Shown one piece after another: positions 25,819 through 32,000 of a DNA stretch of 32,000 nt. The position numbers were made by a program, and so were the translations under genes. The stretch is taken from the NCBI RefSeq assembly GCF_000284115.1, contig NC_017080.1, positions 930,001-962,000 of the forward strand, written 5' to 3'. Below the pieces are notes generated by a model. The model was not told where the DNA came from, did no database searches, and was given only the letters and a program-made list of their open reading frames with translations. This stretch comes from Phycisphaera mikurensis NBRC 102666 (lineage in GTDB: Bacteria; Planctomycetota; Phycisphaerae; Phycisphaerales; Phycisphaeraceae). Position 1 is the first letter of the stretch. Each line of letters opens with the position of its first letter.

Positions 25819-26154
25819 ATGCCGTCCCGCCTTCCAGCAGCCCTGCTGCTCGTTCTCCCGCTGCTGCTCCCGGCCTGCGTTGCGCCCATGTACGTGAACA
25901 TCCCCTCGGAGGGCGGCATCGCGGCGAGCGATCCGAACAGCTTCAACGTGCGGGACGTGGTGGCCGACTCGATCGCGGCGGCGGTGGAGCGGGAGCCGCT
26001 GGAGGGCGTCTACGAGATCTTGCTGCCCGAGGGCACCACGCAGGGGCAGCATGGGGTGAGGCCCCTTGCGTTTGTGTCGCCGAGGTCGATGGCGAGGAAG
26101 CGCGGCACCGCGGAGACGGTATCCGCGGCGTTGAAGGTCCATTCGAAAGGGTAG
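25819..26154 (+). CDS. lipoprotein gene fragment fused across the module junction (probably truncated / chimeric ORF)
   Basis: MPSRLPAALLLVLPLLLPAC (signal peptide with lipobox) is followed by about 60 plausible residues. From about 26055 the ORF reads through the junction and across the antisense of the ruvX start fragment (..GVRPLAFVSPRSMARKRGTAETVSAALKVHSKG*). Confidence 0.35.
   Translation: MPSRLPAALLLVLPLLLPACVAPMYVNIPSEGGIAASDPNSFNVRDVVADSIAAAVEREPLEGVYEILLPEGTTQGQHGVRPLAFVSPRSMARKRGTAETVSAALKVHSKG
26079..26108 (-). pseudogene. ruvX 5' fragment (codons 1-10), identical to 21091-21120
   Basis: GCCGAGGTCGATGGCGAGGAAGCGCGGCAC is identical to the start of intact ruvX, and identity continues through the 48-bp spacer into RHS copy 2. 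To the left the sequence is unrelated and begins with CCCCTTGC (26062-26069). Confidence 0.85.
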
Positions 26155-26156
26155 AG

Positions 26157-28331
26157 TTGCGACACCTTCTCCCGGCCATCCTCGCCCTCCGGCCGCTCGT
26201 GATCACCCACACCGACATCCGCCGCCACCGGCCCACGCTGCTCATCGGCCCGCGGGTGGGGGCCCAGGGCCAGCCCTTCCGCGCGACCTTCAGCTTCACC
26301 CGCAGCACCGCCTCGCGGAACCACGACATGCTCAAGTTCCTCTTCGGGGTGGAAGAGGAAGGCACGTACAACGTGCTCGCATTCTCCCACAAAGGCGGGA
26401 GCCCGTGGGCGCCTTCAGGCAGCCGGCTCGAGGACGCCTCCGGCATCAGCGTCGCCGGCACCCGCACCGCCGCCCACGCCGTCAGCACCCCCAACCCCAG
26501 CGACCGGGTCTGGGTCCGCGTGGCCTCCGACGGCGCCGCCGTGACCGCCAAGATGCTCCTCGACAACACCGGCCCGCCCAGCGAGGCCGCCTGGTCCGGC
26601 GCCGGCGAGGCGTACCGCAGCACCGCCTTCCCGATGAACGGCGGGCGGGTGGGCTTCCGCTCTGCCTACGGCGTCGCCTTCGTCCGGCACTTCACCCTCG
26701 AGACCGACCACGACAACGACGGTTCCTGGACCCGCGAGTACGACGCCCTCATCGACCACCCCGGCGGCCACGCCACGATCCGGTACGAGCACGACGCCGC
26801 GGGCAACCTCACCTTCGACGGCGTGTTCTCCTACGCCTACGACGCGTGGAACCGGCTGGTCAGCGTCCGCAACGCCTACCGCGAGGCTGGTGCCGGCCAG
26901 AGCGTGCAGGAGGGCTCGGTCGTCACCGCCATGGCCTACGACGGCCTGGGCCGGCGGACCACCCGAGCCGTCCAGAACAGCGGGAACCTCGACTTCACCC
27001 ACCACGCCTACTTCGACGGCCAGCGGCAGGTCGAGGAACGCAACGGCTCGGACCTGGTGCTCCGTCAGCAGGTCTGGGGCCTGGACTACATCGACGAGCT
27101 GGTGAGCACTTCGCTGAACTTCGACCCCACCGACACCACCGAGAGCGTCTGCGAGCGGCACTTCTACGCCCTCCACGACAGCCAGTACAACATCCTGGGC
27201 ATCGTCGCCGCCGGCGGAGCCCTCGTGGAGCGGTACGAGTACACGCCGTATGGGCAGCGGCAGGTCTACGGGAGCGGAACCCTCAAGCTCGACGTCAACG
27301 GCGACGGGTCGCAGGACCAGGACGACACTGCGTTGGTGCAGGCGCTGGTGAACGATCCAACCCACCCCGACCACCACCTCGCCGACATTTACAGCGACGG
27401 GCAGATCAACCAGAACGACGTGAGCGCGATGGGCGAGATCTACGCCTTCGCCTACTACGACGGCCCCGAGGCCAACCACCTCGACCGCAGCGACCTCAAG
27501 CGTCTGACGCCCCGCCTCGGCACCACAAGGGGTCCCGCGTACGCAGCCTGGCTCACCGCTCCGGTCTACACCACGCTCAACCCCTTCGGCCACCAGGGCC
27601 TCCACCACGACGAGGCCACCGGGCTCATCTACAACCGGGCACGCATGCTCCACCCCACGCTGGGGAGGTTCGTGCAGAGAGACCCGCTGGGCAATCGCGT
27701 CTCATGGAGATCAGTGAGGCCGCGGTTTACCCGGAATCGAGAGGATGGAAGGACGATGATGGTTGTCTCTCGAGCTGAGGACATTGCTTACGTCCTGTAT
27801 CCACAACTACAATATTTTGCTGGGATGTCGCTGTACGAGTATGCGGCGAGTTCTCCGAGAAGCCTTGTTGATCCCACGGGCCTAGTACCGTGGCCCGCGA
27901 TCGTGGTGGGCACATGTTTAAATGAATCGACTGATCGATGCCAGATAATCTGGCACGATTACGATAATCCGAAGGATGGGGGCGATTTTGAGCTGCTGCG
28001 CCCCGGCGAAAGAAGCGGATCGAAGGATCGGTGCGACTACGTTTATCTGAATGGCGAGTGGTATAAGAATCGTTCTCGCTTGGTGTACGTAGCGGATTCT
28101 CCACTCGACCCATATGTGAAGTACAAGAAAACGCGGGGAGGGAAATATCTAAAGTCACCTTTATCTCCTGTAAGTCGCGCTCCGGATGGTCCTTGGTATC
28201 CAGGCAGAACTGGCAAGAAGCCCTCTAAGACTATCTGCGAAAAGTATTGCGAGTGCAATCTCTTGAGCGACCCCGCTCATCAAGGACCAGATTGTGATGA
28301 CGACTGCGTGAAGAGATGTGAGGATCTCTGA
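26157..28331 (+). CDS. RHS/YD-repeat polymorphic toxin, copy 2 (same body as copy 1, different dockerin-like insert, unique C-terminal domain CT2)
   Basis: About 95-100% identical to copy 1 over 26157 to about 27200 and again over 27579-27691 (..NPFGHQGLHHDEATGLIYNRARMLHPTLGRFVQRDPLG). It then enters AT-richer unique sequence containing a second core-end motif, GMSLYEYAASSPRSLVDPTGL, and a Cys-rich tail. Start options are TTG 26157, GTG 26199 and ATG 26328. Confidence 0.8.
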   Translation: MRHLLPAILALRPLVITHTDIRRHRPTLLIGPRVGAQGQPFRATFSFTRSTASRNHDMLKFLFGVEEEGTYNVLAFSHKGGSPWAPSGSRLEDASGISVAGTRTAAHAVSTPNPSDRVWVRVASDGAAVTAKMLLDNTGPPSEAAWSGAGEAYRSTAFPMNGGRVGFRSAYGVAFVRHFTLETDHDNDGSWTREYDALIDHPGGHATIRYEHDAAGNLTFDGVFSYAYDAWNRLVSVRNAYREAGAGQSVQEGSVVTAMAYDGLGRRTTRAVQNSGNLDFTHHAYFDGQRQVEERNGSDLVLRQQVWGLDYIDELVSTSLNFDPTDTTESVCERHFYALHDSQYNILGIVAAGGALVERYEYTPYGQRQVYGSGTLKLDVNGDGSQDQDDTALVQALVNDPTHPDHHLADIYSDGQINQNDVSAMGEIYAFAYYDGPEANHLDRSDLKRLTPRLGTTRGPAYAAWLTAPVYTTLNPFGHQGLHHDEATGLIYNRARMLHPTLGRFVQRDPLGNRVSWRSVRPRFTRNREDGRTMMVVSRAEDIAYVLYPQLQYFAGMSLYEYAASSPRSLVDPTGLVPWPAIVVGTCLNESTDRCQIIWHDYDNPKDGGDFELLRPGERSGSKDRCDYVYLNGEWYKNRSRLVYVADSPLDPYVKYKKTRGGKYLKSPLSPVSRAPDGPWYPGRTGKKPSKTICEKYCECNLLSDPAHQGPDCDDDCVKRCEDL

Positions 28332-28765
28332 TGCGGCCCGAACCTCAATCTTTAGCAGTTTCATTTTGGATGATGGTCGGCTGTCTCGCGGTTGTTATTC
28401 CATCAGCAATTTATAGCGGCCGAGAAGAACCTTTTTACGGCGTGCAGCCTGCGTGGGTATTCTTTTCTCAGATCGGTTCAGCAACCGGCGTCTTATTCGC
28501 GTCGCTCATCTCGGTCGTGTGCATTCCCTGGAGGCGCGTGTATGGAAACTATCGAGTACTTATCGCGTCAGTCGCTCTATGCATATCGAATCTCCTTGTA
28601 TCTGCATTAGGATGCTTCGTCGCTGCGACGTTTGTTGAGGACGTGAGGAACTATATTGCTATATTAGAGGCTCAAGATCTTACGTCGACCACCACGGAGA
28701 AGAAAGCTCATGGAGATCCGGGAGGGGAGAAACTCCCGCTTGTAGATATTGAGCGATCTCAGTAA
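28331..28765 (+). CDS. small polytopic membrane protein, candidate cognate immunity for CT2
   Basis: Its ATG overlaps the RHS2 stop (TGATG, 28329-28333). It is 144 aa with 3-4 hydrophobic helices (LAVSFWMMVGCLAVVIPSAIY, WVFFSQIGSATGVLFASLISVVCI, VLIASVALCISNLLVSALGCFVAATFV). Its low GC is contiguous with CT2. Confidence 0.6.
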   Translation: MRPEPQSLAVSFWMMVGCLAVVIPSAIYSGREEPFYGVQPAWVFFSQIGSATGVLFASLISVVCIPWRRVYGNYRVLIASVALCISNLLVSALGCFVAATFVEDVRNYIAILEAQDLTSTTTEKKAHGDPGGEKLPLVDIERSQ

Positions 28766-28775
28766 GCGAGCGTCA

Positions 28776-28874
28776 ATGCACAACCATACTTTCGACTTTG
28801 GCCTCCAATGGAGCCCCCGCCTCCTCCTCGGCGCCCTCACACTGCTTGCGCTCCCACCCGCGTCCGCCCAACTA
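28776..28874 (+). pseudogene. 5' fragment of a secreted-protein gene cut off by RAYT element 2
   Basis: MHNHTFDFGLQWSPRLLLGALTLLALPPASAQ looks like a signal peptide ending in an ASA-Q cleavage site. The reading frame then runs straight into the GAAGCAAGGGG array, which translates as nonsense (GSKGSRKQGVKEGEARGQ). Confidence 0.35.
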
Positions 28875-28980
28875 GGAAGCAAGGGGTCAAGGAAGCAAGG
28901 GGTCAAGGAAGGGGAAGCAAGGGGTCAGGAAGCAAGGCGGAAGCAAGGGCGGAAGCAAGGGGTCAAGCCCCTTGCAAGGG
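28875..28980 (+). repeat. iterated half-hairpin array plus terminal complete hairpin (left end of RAYT element 2)
   Basis: Six or seven copies of GGAAGCAAGG(G/C)G, with or without TCAA/TCAG, some degenerate (GGAAGGGG, GAAGCAAGGCG, GAAGCAAGGGC). The array ends in GGAAGCAAGGGG-TCAAG-CCCCTTGCAAGGG (28951-28980). Confidence 0.85.
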
Positions 28981-29045
28981 TGCTATGATGCTGTCGCTGC
29001 GTCGCCTCCCGCTCCCCCGCTCTCTCGCACCCTCAACCGCTCCCC

Positions 29046-30131
29046 ATGGCCCGCTCTCTCCGCCACCAGATCCTGCCTGACGCCACCTGCGTCGTCCATG
29101 TTGTGTCGAAGATCTCGCGGTCGCTTCACTTGCTGGTGCCCGATGAGGATCGTGCCGGCGCCGGTGCCGTTGGCGACGCGGCCGAGCACCCCGACCTCCG
29201 CAAGGAGCTGCTGATGCAGCGGATGCAGACCCTGGCGGAGCAGACCTCGATCTCGGTATGCGGGTTCGCGGTGATGGACAACCACGTCCACCTGATCCTG
29301 CGGCGGGACAAGGAGGAGGCCGCGGCGTGGCCGGCGGCGGAGGTGGTGGGGCGGTGGCTTGCGTTGCACCCCAAGCGGAATCGGGCGCGGCAGCCGGTGG
29401 AGACGCCGGAGGAGGATGTGGCGGCGATGGTGGCGGACGCGGGCCTGGTGGAGGCGCTGCGTGGGAAGCTCTCGAGCGTCTCGCAGTTTATGAAAGACCT
29501 CAAGCAGCGGACGGCCGAGGCGGTGAACAAGCTGGAAGGCCGCGGCGGGCGGCTCTGGGACGGGACGTTCAAGAGCAAGCTGATCGAGGACCAGGAGCAG
29601 CTGGTGGCGACGATGGTGTACGTGGACCTCAACCCCTTCGCGGCGGGGGTGTGCGAGACGCCCGAAGAGGGCCGCCACACCTCGCTGGCGGGGCGGCTGG
29701 GGCGGGACGAGCCGGCGGGGGAGGTGAGCAAGCCCGCAGGATCCGCGGACCGCGACCGGGAGGAGGCCTCGGAGGCCGGCGGTCCGCGGGTTGGTCTGCG
29801 GTTGCCACGGCGGAGGTCCAGCGGGGCCTGGCTGCGGCCGCTGGACGAGTCGGCCCAGCGGGCGCGGAAGCGTGGGCAACGGCGGCACCCGCGAGGGCGG
29901 GCGGGGCTGAAAGCGGAGGCCGCGGGAACGGTGAGCCCGGGGCTGTCGCTGCAGATCTACCTGCGGATCCTCGACGCGGTCAGCCGCAAGCTGCGGGCGG
30001 GCAAGAAACGCCTTGCGGCGGGCATGGCAAGCGTCTTCGAGCGGCTGAACCTGGACGCCGACGCGGTGGTCGGGCGGGTGCTGGCGATGGCGCAGCGGGA
30101 CGGGCTGGCGGTGGCGGGCCGGGGCAGCTGA
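29046..30131 (+). CDS. REP-associated tyrosine transposase-like HUH protein, copy 2
   Basis: 361 aa. It is near-identical to copy 1 except for a 6-nt indel (AGAGAGAV vs AGAGAV) and scattered substitutions. The HUH block (MDNHVHLILRR) and Tyr block (VYVDLNPFAAGV) are intact. Confidence 0.8.
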   Translation: MARSLRHQILPDATCVVHVVSKISRSLHLLVPDEDRAGAGAVGDAAEHPDLRKELLMQRMQTLAEQTSISVCGFAVMDNHVHLILRRDKEEAAAWPAAEVVGRWLALHPKRNRARQPVETPEEDVAAMVADAGLVEALRGKLSSVSQFMKDLKQRTAEAVNKLEGRGGRLWDGTFKSKLIEDQEQLVATMVYVDLNPFAAGVCETPEEGRHTSLAGRLGRDEPAGEVSKPAGSADRDREEASEAGGPRVGLRLPRRRSSGAWLRPLDESAQRARKRGQRRHPRGRAGLKAEAAGTVSPGLSLQIYLRILDAVSRKLRAGKKRLAAGMASVFERLNLDADAVVGRVLAMAQRDGLAVAGRGS

Positions 30132-30247
30132 ACCCGCAAGCGGCAGCGGCGGTCCCGCTGATCTACGACCGATCGCATCGCTGCCGGACCATCAAGCGTC
30201 ACCCGGAGCCCGATTCAGCGTTGGCGGAGAAGGTGGCAGCCACCAAG

Positions 30248-30330
30248 GGAAGCAAGGGGTCAAGCCCCTTGCAGAGGTGCTATAATGCCGTCGCCGAGTA
30301 GGAAGCAAGGGGTCAAGCCCCTTGCAGAGG
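30248..30330 (+). repeat. two orphan copies of the RAYT-element hairpin (no transposase gene)
   Basis: The 30-mer GGAAGCAAGGGGTCAAGCCCCTTGCAGAGG occurs at 30248-30277 and 30301-30330, and both copies are perfect. The first is followed by 21 nt of the RAYT leader (TGCTATAATGCCGTCGCCGAG). The second abuts the diverged ruvX fragment. Confidence 0.85.
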
Positions 30331-30333
30331 CCC

Positions 30334-30471
30334 GCGGGCCAGCCGCCGCCACCGCTCCGGACCCGGCGACGCGGCAGGTGCCGGCGGCGGGGAGGTGGTC
30401 CCGGGCGCGTCGTTGCCGAGCGCAAGGCCGTTCCGCCGGCCGCCGAGGTCGATCGCGAGGCAACGCGGCAC
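30334..30471 (-). pseudogene. diverged ruvX 5' fragment (codons 1-46)
   Basis: The minus-strand translation is VPRCLAIDLGGRRNGLALGNDAPGTTSPPPAPAASPGPERWRRLAR, against intact RuvX VPRFLAIDLGNKRTGLALGDDATGIASPLPAVVAPPGPERWTRLAR. My hand alignment gives 33/46 aa and about 103/138 nt. Homology stops at the hairpin copy ending at 30330. Confidence 0.75.
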
Positions 30472-30564
30472 GCGTGCGGGCGGAACGGGGCCGCCCGGGG
30501 ATCCTCTAGACTCCCGCAACCCGGGCCGGGCCGAGCCGGGCGCTGCCACCCCCACCGATCTTTT

Positions 30565-31845
30565 ATGCCTGAGAACTCCCCGCCGACCGCTCGCCTCGAC
30601 CTGCCCGAAGGGCCCATCGACCTGCCGATCGTTGTTGGCACCGCCGACGAGAAGTCGGTCGACATCTCGAAGCTCCGGGCCCAAACCGGCTACATCACGC
30701 TCGACGAGGGGTACCGCAACACGGGCAGCGTCAAGAGCGACATCACCTTCATCGACGGCGAGAAGGGCATCCTCCGCTACCGCGGCTATCCCATCGAGGA
30801 GGTGTGCGAGAACAGCTCCTTCATTGAGACGGCGCTGCTGCTGATCCACGGCGAGAAGCCGAGCAAGGAGTCGCTCTCGAGGTTCAGCGAGCGGCTGACG
30901 CACCACCAGATGATCCACGAGTCGGTGCGGCAGATGTTCGACGGCTTCCCGCCGACGGCGCACCCGATGGCGGTGCTCTCGTCGATGATCAACACGATCT
31001 CCTGCTTCCAACCGGCGATCATGAACATCGACGACGAGGAGGAGTTCGACGACACCGCGGCGATGCTGATCAGCAAGGTGCGGACGGTCGCGGCGGCCGC
31101 TTACAAGACCCAGATGGGGCATCCCATCATGTACCCGGATCCGAAGCTCACGTACTGCGAGAACTTCCTCCACATGATGTTCTCGCTCCCGCTGGGGCGG
31201 ATCGAGCCCGATCCGGACGTCGTGGAGGCGCTCAACCTCATCTTCATCCTGCACGCGGACCACGAACAGAACTGCTCGACGGCGACGGTGCGGATGGTCG
31301 GCTCCTCGGGGGCGAACCTCTTCGCCAGCTGCGCCGCCGGCGTCTGTGCCCTCTGGGGCCCGCTGCACGGCGGCGCGAACGTCGCGGTCATGAACCAGCT
31401 CGAGGAGATCCACAACAGCGACATCACGACGCGGAAGTACATCGACAACCTGAAGGCGACCAAGGGCAAGCTCTTCGGCTTCGGCCACGGCGTCTACAAG
31501 AGCTACGACCCGCGTGCGATGGTCCTCAAGAAGTCCGCCGACAAGGTGCTCGCGAAGCTCGGGGTCGACGATCCGCTGCTCGCGATCGCTCGCGAGCTGG
31601 AGGAGACGGCGCTCAACGACGAGTACTTCGTCAGCCGGAACCTCTATCCCAACGTCGACTTCTATTCCGGGATCCTCATGCGGGCGATGGGCATCCCCAC
31701 GAACATGTTCACGGTGATGTTCGCGATCGGCCGCATGCCCGGCTGGATCGCTCAGTGGTGGGAGGTCAACCAGCAGAAAAGCCGGATCTACCGGCCGCGG
31801 CAGGTCTACACCGGCGCCCGGGAGCGAGCCTGGAACGCCGGCTGA
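30565..31845 (+). CDS. gltA: citrate synthase (type II, hexameric-type length)
   Basis: 426 aa from MPENSPPTARLDLPEGPIDLPIVVG. Citrate synthase blocks are present: ILRYRGYPIEEL-like, LILHADHEQNCSTATVR, WGPLHGGANVAV, GFGHGVYKSYDPRA, and NVDFYSGI. The 81 residues upstream in the track ORF are not used. Confidence 0.93.
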   Translation: MPENSPPTARLDLPEGPIDLPIVVGTADEKSVDISKLRAQTGYITLDEGYRNTGSVKSDITFIDGEKGILRYRGYPIEEVCENSSFIETALLLIHGEKPSKESLSRFSERLTHHQMIHESVRQMFDGFPPTAHPMAVLSSMINTISCFQPAIMNIDDEEEFDDTAAMLISKVRTVAAAAYKTQMGHPIMYPDPKLTYCENFLHMMFSLPLGRIEPDPDVVEALNLIFILHADHEQNCSTATVRMVGSSGANLFASCAAGVCALWGPLHGGANVAVMNQLEEIHNSDITTRKYIDNLKATKGKLFGFGHGVYKSYDPRAMVLKKSADKVLAKLGVDDPLLAIARELEETALNDEYFVSRNLYPNVDFYSGILMRAMGIPTNMFTVMFAIGRMPGWIAQWWEVNQQKSRIYRPRQVYTGARERAWNAG

Positions 31846-32000
31846 GGCGGAGCCCAAACGCCGCAGAGCAGCCGGGCGGGGCTCCGGGATGCCGAGGCCG
31901 GCCGGGTGACCCGCGTGCGACCCCCCCGTGCCCCCGCGCCCTAAGCGGGTGGCAACGGTGGATCCGGGGGCCGGCGACACGCCCCCGTCCGACGCCCGCC

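Larger units (their letters stand above)
28875..30137 (+). mobile_element. single-gene HUH (RAYT/IS200-like) element, copy 2
   Basis: Same architecture as 24150-25404: half-hairpin array, hairpin, a 65-nt leader, then the RAYT gene, ending 6 nt after the stop. It has different flanking DNA on both sides. Confidence 0.65.

Noticed and set aside
27526-27534. A 9-mer, CAAGGGGTC, inside RHS2 that matches the hairpin arm and loop start.
   Set aside because: It is a single 9-nt match inside a coding region with no complementary arm nearby, so it is compatible with chance.
30278-30290. A perfect TATAAT (30281-30286) in the leader stub after the orphan hairpin, considered as a promoter -10 box. The equivalents are TATGGT at 24245 and TATGAT at 28984.
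   Set aside because: The hexamer 17 bp upstream is GGTCAA, a poor -35 box. Promoter rules for this organism are unknown to me. I cannot support a promoter call without TSS data.

Overview
The window is very GC-rich (about 70% by eye) and splits into two parts.

**Core genes, about 1-21.1 kb.** Conserved housekeeping genes, tightly packed:
- NfeD-like membrane protein (5' partial)
- valS
- FeS-type cryptochrome/photolyase-related protein
- a small HNH protein
- MFS transporter
- lpdA
- a degenerate glycosyltransferase-like protein
- a short orphan atpC
- mrdA and rodA
- a fasciclin lipoprotein
- a DUF892 (YciE/YciF-like) protein
- der
- an orphan MalK/UgpC-type ABC ATPase
- ruvX

**Accessory island, about 21.1-30.5 kb.** It sits between ruvX and gltA (citrate synthase, 30565-31845) and consists of two tandem modules of about 4.2-5 kb. 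Each module contains:
- a short RHS/YD-repeat polymorphic-toxin gene
- an AT-richer, module-specific C-terminal toxin domain
- a candidate immunity gene
- debris from an interrupted gene
- a single-gene HUH (RAYT/IS200-like) element

**Main observations in the island.**
- The left end of each HUH element is an unusual array of about six iterated half-hairpins (GAAGCAAGGGG) ending in one complete hairpin.
- Orphan copies of that hairpin, plus three copies of the ruvX 5' end, sit at the module boundaries. One ruvX copy is intact, one is a 30-nt identical fragment, and one is a 46-codon fragment at about 75% identity.
- I read this as an island that entered or expanded within the 5' end of ruvX. 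No conventional integrase is visible. HUH/hairpin chemistry is the only candidate I can see, and this is inference.

**A second repeat family.** A 46-bp palindrome (CCGCGGACCG-N26-CGGTCCGCGG) occurs in four intergenic regions. A closely related form lies inside both RAYT coding sequences.

**Not found.** I recognised no rRNA, tRNA or CRISPR array. The many long antisense ORFs in the track are high-GC artefacts. Taxon cannot be established from the sequence; the gene content is reminiscent of Planctomycetota, with low confidence.
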